Source: Octopus vulgaris (lineage: Eukaryota). From it: a stretch of DNA of 64,000 nucleotides. Position 1 is the stretch's first letter. Every line of letters starts with the position of its first letter. The notes beneath the pieces are model-generated. The model made no database searches, was not told the origin of the DNA, and worked only from the letters and a program-made list of their open reading frames with translations. The translations under genes and the position numbers were made by a program. The stretch is from contig OX597821.1 of NCBI GenBank assembly GCA_951406725.2, forward strand, positions 94,364,001 to 94,428,000, written 5' to 3'. Positions 12,735 through 27,049 of this stretch are shown piece by piece.

Positions 12735-13468
12735 AATGGTTTCAAATTTTGGCTCAAGGCCAGCAATTTTAGTGGAAAGATTAAGTCGATATCATCGACC
12801 CTAGTGCTTGATTGGTACTTATATTATCCACACCGAAAGGATGAAAGGCAAAATCGACCTCGGAGTCATTTGAACTCAGAAGAAATCCGGCTGGACATTT
12901 TTTTCCGGCGCGGTAACGTTTCGGAACATTGCTGTTGTTGTTGCTGTTTATTCCAGATAAATCTATACTGAGCAACCCCATCTTTAACCCTTTTCATACC
13001 AACTTGCCTCATATTTGGGGGTGGAGTAGGAGAAGGCTAGTCGATTACATCGACCCCAGTGTCCATCTGGTTTTTATTTAATCGACCTCGAAAAGATGAC
13101 CTCTACGGAATTTTAACTCAGAACGTAAAGACGGACGAAATGTCGCTAAGCATTTTGTCCGGCGCAGTAACGATTCTGCCAGTTCGCCGCCTTGACAAGA
13201 TTAATAGTAATAACAGATCAGTCATCACATTATCTTCTACCATAACATAGGTTCAGTCAGTTTATGGCCCTTTCTTTTATAGGCAAAAGGTTTGATATTT
13301 GTGGGGAGAAGACTAGTCGATTACATCGACCCCAGTGTTCAACTGGTTCTTAATTTATCGATCCCGAAAGGATGATCTCTAAAGAATTTTAAATCACAGC
13401 GTAAGGACGGACGAAATATCACGAAGCACTTTGTCCGGCGCGGGAACGGTTCTGCCAGTTCGCCACCG
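12735..13468 (-). mobile_element. Cluster of three diverged SINE family B copies
   Basis: Recurrent gtcgattacatcgaccccagtg...gaaaggatga...actcagaacgtaaagacggacgaaat at about 12735-12920, 13030-13192 and 13280-13468. Confidence 0.75.
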
Positions 13469-14741
13469 TCTGCCAGCTTAATAATTTAGTTATTTTACTT
13501 CATTCATTATTATTTTCGAAATTAATTTACTCAAAAGCAATTTCCACAGAAATACAGTGACAAAAGCGTTTAAGGCCATGGCAGCAATAACCATTCCGAC
13601 TGTTTGTTCAAACATAGATGTATATAACCCGCAACGCATTATCCAACAACGTTCTTTATGTTCTTTGATATTTTTTTTCGAAAGACGATACATCGAAGAG
13701 GCCAGGGAACAGAAGAAAGAAGAAGAAAGAAGACATGCACCCAACACCAGAGCTGAAGACACCTCCGAGAGGAGTAGGGGCCGAAACCGGACGTGGTTCC
13801 TCTTGATGATGTCTTGAGCTAACTGGATCCTATAAAGGAGCTGTTGGGGTAGCAGACCACGAAACACGGTTGTAATTCCCTTAGGATGTGGTTTGAGTGA
13901 AATGCGTTAACTATTTCTTGTTTATCAAGGGTCCACATAGAAATATCTTCAGTGTCTTCGGTCAAATTCTTCGGCACCATACATATGAAGTTCGAAGTTC
14001 AAATGTTGTGGGAGTGTCTACACTGTTAGTATTTCATATTAATGCTTGTATCATAATTAAAACTCAAATCGTTCATTTAAGATATCAATTTTAATTGGTG
14101 GTGAAGGGATTGGTGTACGACAATGGTGTGATGTGGGCGTGGTGTTGGTGAGTTTATTGTGATTAAGATAATGGTGGGCGTGGCGATGGTGTGCGTGGTG
14201 ATGGCGGGCGTGGTGATGATGGTCGTGGTGTTGGTGAGGTTATTATGATTAAAATGATGGTGGTGGCTAATGGTGGTGGTTGAGGGCGGCATGGTTGTAG
14301 TGGTGGTGGTTACAGTCTGCAGGGATGTCGAGGATGTTGTTTGCAGTGTTGTTGTAGTTGCTGTTGCTGTTGGTAGTATTGCAGTGTTTGAGTTGTTAGT
14401 AGTGTTGGTGCCATTGTCGGTGTGGTGTTAGTTATGGTGGTGCTGTTGATGACGGTAGTTGTGGTAGACAGCATATAGTTTATTGATTTAAATAATTCGA
14501 CCTATAGTCGTTTGATCATCTAATGACTGTAGGATAAAAGACAGCGACTGACGTAATATGGCTGCGTTGTAAGATCAAACAGGTTAATAATCCGACTGAA
14601 TCTCAGAAGGAAAAGCCCAGGGGAAACAAAAGAAATCGTATAGAGAGGTTGCAAAAGTTTTCTAAGGCTTGCTAATGAGACAGCCTCTACATGGGCTATC
14701 TGCTAAAAAGAGCAGGCAAATCTACTTCAGTCTGTTCCATA

Positions 14742-14977
<236 letters not shown>

Positions 14978-14978
<1 letters not shown>

Positions 14979-15870
14979 GAGGTCTGGTTCGGTCGAAACC
15001 TCCAAATGGAGGAGAACTCAGACGAGACATCGAGTAGGTGGTCACTCTCACCCAGCAATGTGCCGAGAGGAAGCTATCTCTGAAAGTTTAGGCTGAAGTG
15101 GCGAATGCGCACATCCGTCTTCTACTATTGTCTAACCGTCGGTCGTGCCTTGTCCCGACCACCATCACAAAACTGGAACGCATACTCTTCCGCTATTTGT
15201 GGAAGTGATCCATTTGCTGCCAACGTCCGCTAAATGGAGGGCTGGCCATGCAGTGGTTAATGATGCGCAGACATGCGCTGAGACTGCAACATCTCCAGCG
15301 TTTCATAGAAGACGGTGAACACGGATGGTCACTGTTTCTGAGAAGCGCTTTCCCGCAGCTGCAATAGTGGATCAAACAGAGACCGAGGCGGAGCGAATGG
15401 CACCGCGAGTGACGCGTTGCTCTCAGGCAACTCTGCCCGTCCGGGATCAAATTTGAGCGACTTTAATTCCACGAAGGCGTTCTATAGAGAATGAGTGGAG
15501 GGAAGATACGACGACGTTCTTAGGAAGACACTGGGCGTCGACGAAGAATACCTGACCAACTTCTTCAGGACCACTTTCGGGCCGAGGCCTATGGACAATT
15601 TCCAGAGATTCCCGGCCTTGCAGTGCTATCGGGAAACATTGCCCGTTCGGAATAAACTCTACAAACACGGTTCATAAAAGAACCGGACCGACTTGCCCGA
15701 GATGCCGTCAGAGCGACGAAACCGTTCTGCACACACTCCTGCATTGTCCAAACATTTCAGACCTGTGGGCTTATGTCGAACAGCTACTGTCACGTGTGGG
15801 ACGAATTCGGTTGTCGGCCGAATCTGTCGTGAATATTGCCCCGCCGCCTTCCTTTAAGGCAAAGCCCCTT
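14978..15870 (+). mobile_element. Degenerate L1/Tx1-clade ORF2 fragment (post-RT region and CCHC zinc-binding domain)
   Basis: Manual translation across stops and frameshifts gives KLERILFRYLWK, CQRPLNGGLAM, LPVRNKLYKHG and CPRCRQSDETVLHTLLHCP. Confidence 0.75.
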
Positions 15871-16436
15871 CCCCGAAAATCTCGGGCCTTGTGCCTATAG
15901 TAAAAAGAATTTACCCATCGCACCCTGTATATATATCTGTGTGTGCGTCTGTGTACATGTATGTGTGTGTGTATATTATAAACCGGCAAGTCCCTGTCAG
16001 AACAAATTCTATTACAAATTTGACATTGTTGTTATTCTTAAATCTGGTTTTAAAAATAAGCTTCATTTTACACACAGATATATATACACACACGCACACA
16101 TTCATACACATATATGCACACATATACGGCCGAATCATGTCGCAGACAATACTCGCTCCCTTTCTAAAACATATCGTATGACATGCGGCATATTTATTTT
16201 TTATTTAAATATTCGTTTGACATTTTGACACAAGGCCAGCAGTTTCGGATGAGTGGGTAAGTCGATTATATCGATTCCAGTTCTCAACAACTACTTTATT
16301 TCAAAATTTTGCCATAAAGGCATGACACAGAGTAGCTTGCGGGCTGGACAAAAACATTAATGAGATGAATGATGAAAAAGGATGATATTGATGGGAGAAG
16401 ACAAAAAACGCCCACCGATGTTTTGCTTCTTTAATA

Positions 16437-16616
16437 CATCATCATCATCATCATCATCGTTTAACGTCCGCTTTCCATGCTAGCATGGGTTGGATGGTTC
16501 AACTGGGGTCTGGGGAGCCCGAAGGCTGCAGCAGGCCAGTCAGATCTGGCAGTGTTTCTACAGCTGGATGCCCTTCCTAACGCCAACCACTCCGAGAGTG
16601 TAGTGGGTGATTTTAT
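16437..16616 (-). mobile_element. 3' part of a SINE/RTE-type retroposon with a (GAT)n tail
   Basis: Minus strand ...GGAAGGGCATCCAGCTGTAGAAAC...GCATGGAAAGCGGACGTTAAACGATGATGATG runs directly into the 63-bp array. Confidence 0.7.
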
Positions 16617-18007
16617 GTGTCACCGACACAGGTGCCAGACGAGGCTGGCGAACGGCCACGCTCGGATGGTGTTTTTTATGTGCCACCGACACAGGTGCCA
16701 GACGAGGCTGGCGGACGGCCACGCTCAGATGGTGTTTTTTATGTGCCACCGACACAGGTGCCAGACGAGGCTGGCGAACGGCCACGCTCGGATGGTGTTT
16801 TTTATGTGCCACCGACACAGGTGCCAGACGAGGCTGGCGGACGGCCACGCTCGGATGGTGTTTTTTATGTGCCACTGACACAGGTGCCAGACGAGGCTGG
16901 CGAACGGCCACGCTCGGATGGTGTTTTTTATGTGCCACCGACACAGTTGCCAGACGTGGCTGGCGGACGGCCACGCTCGGATGGTGTTTTTTATGTGCCA
17001 CCGACACAGGTGCCAGACGAGGCTGGCGAACGGCCACGCTCGGATGGTGTTTTTTATGTGCCACCGACACAGGTGCCAGACGAGGCTGGCGGACGGCTAC
17101 GCTCGGATGGTGTTTTTTATGTGCCACCGACACAGGTGCCAGACGAGGCTGGCGAACGGCCACGCTCGGATGGTGTTTTTTATGTGCCACCGACACAGGT
17201 GCCAGACGAGGCTGGCGGACGGCCACGCTCGGATGGTGTTTTTTATGTGCCACCGACACAGGTGCCAGATGAGGCTGGCGAACGGCCACGCTCGGATGGT
17301 GTTTTTTATGTGCCACCGACACAGTTGCCAGACGAGGCTGGCGGACGGCCACGCTCGGATGGTGTTTTTTATGTGTCACCGACACAGGTGCCAGACGAGG
17401 CTGGCGGACGGCCACGCTCGGATGGTGTTTTTTATGTGCCACCGACACAGGTGCCAGACGAGGCTGGCGGACGGCCACGCTCGGATGGTGTTTTTTATGT
17501 GCCACCGACACAGGTGCCAGACGAGGCTGGCGAACGGCCACGCTCGGATGGTGTTTTTTATGTGCCACCGACACAGGTGCCAGACGAGGCTGGCGGACGG
17601 CTACGCTCGGATGGTGTTTTTTATGTGCCACCGACACAGGTGCCAGACGAGGCTGGCGAACGGCCACGCTCGGATGGTGTTTTTAATGTGCCACCGACAC
17701 AGGTGCCAGACGAGGCTGGCGGACGGCCACGCTCGGATGGTGTTTTTTATGTGCCACCGACACAGGTGCCAGATGAGGCTGGCGAACGGCCACGCTCGGA
17801 TGGTGTTTTTTATGTGCCACCGACACAGTTGCCAGACGAGGCTGGCGGACGGCCACGCTCGGATGGTGTTTTTTATGTGTCACCGACACAGGTGCCAGAC
17901 GAGGCTGGCGGACGGCCACGCTCGGATGGTGTTTTTTATGTGCCACCGACACAGGTGCCAGACGAGGCTGGCGGACGGCCACGCTCGGATGGTGTTTTTT
18001 ATGTGCC
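16617..18007. repeat. Minisatellite, 22 x 63 bp
   Basis: Unit GTGCCACCGACACAGGTGCCAGACGAGGCTGGCG(A/G)ACGGCCACGCTCGGATGGTGTTTTTTAT. The ORF track shows 22 repeats of a 21-aa period. Confidence 0.97.
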
Positions 18008-18439
18008 TCTATTTTTTTTAACTACTTAAAAAAAAAAAATGAGGTATCAAACCTCTTACTTTAGTTTTTATTACATTACAAATTTTCTTTTGTCTTTTTA
18101 CACACCCCCCACACACACACAAAATGAGGTAATAAACCTCTTACTGAGACTGAGACACCAAGTCTCTTCAACCATCTCCCATCAATTCTCTTGCCGCCTG
18201 CGGGCAATCCCTCAGCAGTAAGTCGGGGCCCCAAAAGAGATAATTATAATTTTCCTTCGAACAGGACTCCATTATTCGAAGGAAATCTCTTTCTTTCATC
18301 CCCAGAGCAGCCACCTGCGGAGACCAATGCTTCATATCAATACAGGTCGGATCTATCAGGTCCTGACCTTTAAGACAATTCTCTATAAAGCTGTTCTACA
18401 CTTCTCTATAAAGCTGTCTAAGATAGGTACAGTTCTCCA

Positions 18440-18580
18440 CTGGTACTTATCTTATCGAGCTCCAAGAAGGATGAAAGTCAAAGCCGACCTCAGTGGAATT
18501 TGAACTCAGAACATAAAGACGGACGAAATGCCACTTAGCTTTTGCCCGGCGTACTAACGATTCTGCCAGCTCGTCGCCTT
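18440..18580 (-). mobile_element. SINE family B (partial)
   Basis: ggatgaaagtcaaagccgacctcagtggaatttgaactcagaac...gccagctcgtcgcctt. Confidence 0.8.
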
Positions 18581-18788
18581 CGGGTTACTTAATATTAAAG
18601 CCAACTTATAGCTTATGTAAAAGCGTTGTGGTGGGTTTTGTGTTATTAAAAATGTTAAATGTAAATGATATTGAGTACTTACAGCATAGTGCCTTGGGCG
18701 TTTCGGCGGAAGTTTCATCAGACAGTCGCATTAATGCCACCATTGGTGGAACTTCGATGTCACTGTTTACTGTTTCTTTGTTGTGTGA

Positions 18789-18819
<31 letters not shown>

Positions 18820-18957
18820 GAATTAGTCATTAGACTATATATTATTCATATAGAAATACAATAAGAGGCTTCCAAATAGGAAAGCGTTGTGCTTTCATTC
18901 CTTTCGAGAATTTATCCTTTTTGTGGTTTTTGAGATTTCGTTTTTTGTGCTAGGCCA

Positions 18958-19345
18958 CTCTCTTTACTCTCTTTTACTTGTTTCAGTCATTTGACTGTGG
19001 CCATGCTGGAGCACCACCTTTTTAGTCGAGCAAATCGACCACAGGACTTATTCTTTGTACGCCTAGGACTTATTCTATCGGTCTCTTTTGCCGAACCGCT
19101 AAGTTACGGGGACGTAAACACACCAGCATCGGTTGTCAAGCGATGTTAGGGGGACAAACACAGACACACAAACATACACACATACATATATATATATACA
19201 TACGACGGGCTTCTTTCAGTTTCCGTCTACCAAATCCACTCACAAGGCATTGGTCGGCCCGAGGCTATAGTAGAAGACACTTGCCCAAGGTGCCACGCAG
19301 TGGGACTGAACCCGGAGCCATGTGGTTCGTAAGCAAGTTACTTAC
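18958..19345 (-). mobile_element. SINE family A, full length
   Basis: Reverse complement of the family A consensus. Confidence 0.92.
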
Positions 19346-19896
19346 CACACAGCCACTCTTACGCCACTCCACTGGTAATAATAATTTATTATTACCCTAT
19401 TTATTATGTTTAAATATTGTTTGATAAATTTGTTCGAAATTTTTACCGGCATCCTCTCTGTCGCCGGGTATAATCTGCGTCTGCGCAGTGGTTTGAAAAG
19501 TTAGGATATACAAACCGTTAGTTCTACATGTGGATCTGGCTGTCTGTATGTCTGAAATCTAAAGGCTATCCCACTGATAAAAACTGGCCTTCAGCGAATA
19601 TTTTTTTGTTTTGCTGGAAATAGTTAGAAACCATGGTCTGGGGAATAGTTGAGATGGTAAACGTTTTTAATTTTCATTCCTTTCTAGAATTTATCCTTTT
19701 TTTGTGGTTTTTGAGATTTCTACTACTCTTTCTAGCACAACGCTTTCTTATATATATATACACACACAGATGAAAAGCAGACAGATAGACAGGCACAGAG
19801 ATTAGACATAATACATACATGCATGCATACATGCATACATACATACATACATACATACATACATACATACATACATACATACATACATACATACAT

Positions 19897-19929
<33 letters not shown>

Positions 19930-20033
19930 GAACGACAGAGAGAGACAGAGGAACAGACTGATTAATAAATAGAAAGATAGATATAGACAAGTTGTTAGGT
20001 AAGTAGGCATGCAGACAAATGAGCAGAGTGAAT

Positions 20034-20066
<33 letters not shown>

Positions 20067-20327
20067 AGGATGGGTGGAAGATTGCTTGTTTGGTTGGTTG
20101 GATGGTTATGGTTAGGTGGTTGGAGAGTGAGACACCTTTGGATTCAGTAAAAATAAAATGCGAGCTTTTTGCTAAATCTGTTGTCAAGAATTGATGTCAC
20201 TTAGGTTTCTTCGCGGGAAGTGAGTGAAACAGTAACTCACTTCCTCTCCTAATTTCATCGCTTAATTTGTGTCACACATACATACCCACATGCACGCTCA
20301 CACACACGCACACACACATACACACAT

Positions 20328-20362
<35 letters not shown>

Positions 20363-20519
20363 TCCTCCCTACAGAGATAGACACGTTCACAAACACTCAC
20401 ATACATTTTCATATGCGCCTGCACCTATATATATGCACACATGCGTATCCATATGCAGATACAAAAATGCATATATAACTGCAGACAAAATAGTTCGATG
20501 GACAAAGTTTTTTTTTTCT

Positions 20520-20680
20520 ACTCTGGGCACAAGGCCCGAAATTTTGGGGGAGGGAACCAGTCGATTAGATCGACCCAAGTACGTAACTGGTGCTAAAATT
20601 ATCGACCCCGAAAGGATGAAAGGTAAGGTTAATCTCGGTGGAATTTGAACTCAGAACATAAAGACAGGCGAAATACCGAT
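20520..20680 (-). mobile_element. SINE family B (partial)
   Basis: atcgaccccgaaaggatgaaagg...gaatttgaactcagaac. Confidence 0.8.
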
Positions 20681-21007
20681 GGATAAAGTATTGGGTGACG
20701 AATGTATCTGTCATGAGTTCAAATCCAGTGCACTTGTGTAAGAGTTGAAAATATAAATGTGCGTGCAAAAATTCGGCAAACTGAAAAATAAAGACGGAAT
20801 CAGGGAAATTTATTTATTTATGATAAGCAGGTCAACACTTCAGGTGAATGGATTTACAAAATATTTTTCATTTACTTGGTTGTGAACCTCAAAACCGCAC
20901 GCCTCTTCTACACGCTCATTTGTTAATCACATTTTGTACAACAAGTGTGATTGGCCGACGTAAAATATGCGGGTATAACGGTTGATCGTGAATGTCCTGT
21001 CGGTATA

Positions 21008-21425
21008 AGGCGGCGAGCTGGCAGAAACGTTAGCGCGCCGGGCGAAATGCTTAGCGGTATTTCGTCTGCCGCTACGTTCTGAGTTCAAATTCCGCCGAGG
21101 TAGACTTTGCCTTTCATCCTTTCGGGGTCGATTAAATAAGTACCAGTTACGCACTGGGGTCGATGTAATCGTCTTAATCCGTTTGTCTGTCCTTGTTTGT
21201 CCTCTCTGTGTTTAGCCCCTTGTGGGTAGTAAAGAAATAGGTATTTCGTCTGCCGTTACGTTGTGAGTTCAAATTCCACCGAGGTCGTCTTTACCTTTCA
21301 TCCTTTCGGGGTCGATAAATTAAGTACCAGTTACGCACTGGGTCGATGTAATCGTCTTAATACCTATGTCTGTCCTTGTTTGTCCCCTCTGTGTTTAGCC
21401 CCTTGTGGGTAGTAAAGAAATAGGT
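21008..21425 (+). mobile_element. SINE family B, full copy plus tandem partial copy
   Basis: AGGCGGCGAGCTGGCAGAAACGTTAGC...GCCTTTCATCCTTTCGGGGTCGA...GTAAAGAAATAGG. The second unit restarts at the internal GGTATTTCGTCTGCC (about 21240). Confidence 0.9.
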
Positions 21426-21856
21426 ATTCTACGCTCACATGATTCACCATTCTACTATTGCAATCCACACGTTTGCATGTCTCTCGTTGTCGTTATCCTC
21501 ACCGGTGCATGTTTCCGCATGGACTTTGCCCTTTGCCAGGCACCTATTCTCATCCCGGTTCATAGTTCGGAAATTACGGTACACGAATGTATGTCAAAAA
21601 TTTTTGGAAAGTTCGAGAACTACTGCTCTTGAATATGCTCTCTCATATGTGTGTGATGTGTGTGTGTATTTGTATATATTTCCCCTCTGGAAGCGTAAAT
21701 AATTTCAATAAATCGAGATTCTATTTTACATGGCATATAATATGCAGCTGATTGTCTTTGTTGTTCTATTAATTTTATTTTGTTTCTCTTATGGATATGT
21801 ATTATATATATATGTATGTATGTGTGTGTGCGTGTATATATATATATATATATATA

Positions 21857-22064
21857 AAGTTAATCTAAACAAGAAAACAAAAAAAAAACACAACAACGCG
21901 AGGACGTGGAACAAATATGGTATTATTGGACGCTCAGGAAAGAAGGAGGGTCTAACGTTTCGAGCGGAGCTCTTCGTCGGAAACATAGGAGAAGGAAAGA
22001 TCCAGAGAAGGGAAGACAGAGGGAAAAAAATCGCCAACGGTACACACGAGGTCACATTTTGAAA
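21857..22064 (-). mobile_element. Penelope-type terminal repeat-derived cassette with a hammerhead-like motif (21950-21984)
   Basis: Minus strand reads gttt-CCGACGA-A-GAGC-TCC-GCTC-GAAAC-GTT-agac. Abuts (TA)n. Confidence 0.65.
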
Positions 22065-22433
22065 TATTCATATACATCTGACAAAATTCCGTGATGCAGT
22101 GAATTTTTACAGTGAACAGGTCGCGGTCTCAAAGCGACGAAAATATTTTGACAAATTAAATTTAAATGTTGAAGTCAATCTAACGGATTTTGTGTGTTTC
22201 TTAAATGGCTTATAAAATCATTACAGTTTTACGCCTTTATATGGATATTGTATGATGGGTTGTAGCATATATTCTTTTACCAAGTATTTTTTTTTCTAAA
22301 AATATCAGTCGCTGTTACTAGTGATCACTGAATACTATTCTTAAAATGCTGATGCAGCATTGTCGTATTCAGCAGTTTCTTGTCGAATCTTCTTTTGAAG
22401 ACAAAGTGATTATTCTTTTAATGCTACATTAAA

Positions 22434-22593
22434 AGGAGTGGCTGTGTGGTAAGTAGCTTGCATACCAACCACATGGTTCCGGGTTCAGTCCCACTGCGTG
22501 GCGTCTTGGGCAAGTGTCTTCTACTATAGCCTCGGGCCGACCAAAGCCTTGTGAGTGGATTTGGTAGACGGAAACTGAAAGAAGCCCGTCGTA

Positions 22594-22663
<70 letters not shown>

Positions 22664-22873
22664 GTTGTGTGTCTGTGTTTGTCCCCCCTAGCATTGTTTG
22701 ACAACCGATGCTGGTGTGTTTACGTCCCCGTAACTTAGCGGTTCGGCAAAAGAGACCGATAGAATAAGTACTGGGCTTACAAAGAATAAGTCCCGGGGTC
22801 GATTTGCTCGACTAAAGGCGGTGCTCCAGCATGGCCGCAGTCAAATGACTGAAACAAGTAAAAGAGTAAAGAG
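22434..22873 (+). mobile_element. SINE family A
   Basis: Near-identical to copies at 29224 and 42980. Confidence 0.92.
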
Positions 22874-23798
22874 AATATGGGTACACGAATGATGAATCGG
22901 TGCGTCATTACTTAAACAAGAACCTAATGAGAAATGAATCAGCTTTGATAATGAAGTTTGTACGGTGACGTCTTGACTATCGATGTAAGACTCACAAATG
23001 TAGCACCCGTTTAAAAATCACCAGCGCCATTTTAGCAGATAATTTCATCGCCACAAATTAGAAGATAGTACAGCATCCTTTAAATGTACATTTTGAAATC
23101 GGGAAAATGGCGGAAGAAATGCAAACATTAACTCCGTATTTCAAGACAAAGCACCGACGTTTAGAAATATGGCAAAATACTGCAAACTGCTTCTCACAGG
23201 AAAAGGGAAGGTAATTTGTCATTCCAGCCCAATTCTAAAGGAAATAACACACTAAATTAACTTCGACATGCCACCACACGCCCAATTTTCTTCTGGATGA
23301 AAGCAGTTGACTGAATATTACTTGACGTCATAGGTGACTAATATCAGGAGCCGTATCTCCATACAGATGTATATACATACTTATATACACAAAAACATGA
23401 AACATAATTTCATACAAGACTACATATACAGATATAATTCTGTGTACATGTTTATTTATAAAACATAATGCATTGATGTTGTGGTTATTAATTTGAGGTC
23501 ATTAACCTCATACCAATTTGTAAATGGCTTCTCCTGGTACAATTTTGTTTACATTTCAACAAGTAGCCATCCATTACTTACGTCCGGTATCTTGAAAACT
23601 AGATGTGAGCGAATCCTGATGAGCCGTAATAAAGGTGTAACTAGTCGGTTTCAAATTAATATGAAATTAATATAAGTTGATATCAAAAGAAAACATTACA
23701 CAAAAGGTTCTAATTTCATAGAGAGATTGAATATGACTTGCGGGCAAGACAATGAGAAACATTCGATATAATTATTTAACTTGCTTGAAACGGTACCT

Positions 23799-23995
23799 AC
23801 GAGTGTCGGCTGAAAAGTTCATAGGCTGACTAAGATATTTTCATGGAATGTGACTTTGTTTTTCAATATAGTCCACTTTGTGGTCCACACACTTCTTCCA
23901 TCTGTGTTGCAGTGCTTGAATCTCACTGATGAAGAAGCTTTCATCCTGTTAGTTAAAAAAGTTATCAACATCAGATATGGCGTCATCATTACTGC
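23799..23995 (-). mobile_element. Mariner 3'-end remnant
   Basis: TA|CGAGTGTCGGCTGAAAAGTTC terminus. The minus strand translates as DAISDVDNFFN*QDESFFISEIQALQHRWKKCVDHKVDYIEK, a mariner transposase C-terminus. Confidence 0.7.
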
Positions 23996-24065
23996 GATCT
24001 TGCTTTACAATTATTCTTTTGTTGTCTTGCCATTTCTATCAATATATATATATATATATATATAT

Positions 24066-25887
<1,822 letters not shown>

Positions 25888-25915
25888 CATATATATATCT
25901 TGGGTTCGGTTGCTC

Positions 25916-25955
25916 CTCATTGATAAGGCGCAAATACCCTGAAACTAGTCTGCAG
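25916..25955 (+). ncRNA. Hammerhead-like motif (U3:A8 variant) in a ~220-bp cassette between (TA)n tracts
   Basis: ctca-TTGATAA-ggcg-caaata-ccct-GAAAC-TA-GTC-tgcag, with palindromic ACTAGT at stem III. Confidence 0.5.
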
Positions 25956-26114
25956 ATACCTGACCAGCAAGGGAAGCGGCTGACCTCCCCTGTTCGAAGG
26001 TTATAATGGACACAGGTTAGAGTGTCACATAGCTAGCTGGAGGCGATGGCCTCTTGGAGTTAATCAATGGCAGCATTCATCCTATATATCTGGACTGGCA
26101 TATTAGCTTGGCGT

Positions 26115-26166
<52 letters not shown>

Positions 26167-26177
26167 TATACTATATA

Positions 26178-26584
26178 AAGGAGTGACTGTGTGATAAGAA
26201 GCTTCCTTCACAGCAACATGTTTCCACGTTAAGTTCCACTGCGTGACACTTTGGGCAAGTTTCTTCTACTATAGATCAGGCCGACCAAAGCCGTGTGAAT
26301 GAATTTGTTAGACGGAAACTGAAAGAAGCCCGTCGTATATATATATATATATGTATGTATGCATGTATGTATTTATGTATGTATTTGTGTGTCTGAGCTT
26401 GTCCTCCACCATCGCTTGACAACCGATGTTGGTGTGTTTACGTCCCTATAGCTTAGCAGTTCGGCAAAAGAAACCGATAGAATAAGTACTAGGCTTACAA
26501 AGAATAAGGGTTGGGGTAGATTTATTCAACTAAAGGCGGTGCTCCAGTGTAGCCGCAGTCAGATGACTGAAACAAGTAAAAGAA
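26178..26584 (+). mobile_element. SINE family A (older, diverged)
   Basis: Colinear with family A, with many substitutions. Confidence 0.85.
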
Positions 26585-26622
26585 TATATAAATATACTAT
26601 ATATATATATATATATAACCAT

Positions 26623-26693
<71 letters not shown>

Positions 26694-27049
26694 CATACAT
26701 TCATACATACTGGGGAAGAATGAAAGAAAGTGAATTAGTGAGAAAGGAGGAGAGGGAGAAAAAGAGAGTTAAGTCTTTAATGATTCATGTAGCTGAGGCT
26801 TACCGAAGCGTTCAGTAGTTGGAAGTGCGTAAATGAATAACGGGTTTATTTTGGGCTTTCGTTGGAATGAAATGCTAATCCATTTCAGTTTAAAATATAA
26901 TTCAGCAAGTTAAGTTAATTTTAAGTGCTAAGTACCCGAAAACACTTGGAGTGGAAAACTGAAAGTCGTTTGGTCAAAATTTAGAAGATATAAAACTCAA
27001 ATGATTAATGGATGCTAGTTTCAGTTTTGGATACTTTTTAGAAATATAA

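Noticed and set aside
13490-13867. 125-aa and 86-aa ORFs
   Set aside because: No recognisable domain or splice context; probably chance or repeat-derived.
16477-18029. Long ORFs (221-470 aa) in several frames, and a CRISPR-like regular array
   Set aside because: A stop-free 63-bp unit opens frames on both strands automatically. Units are contiguous with no unique spacers and there are no cas genes.
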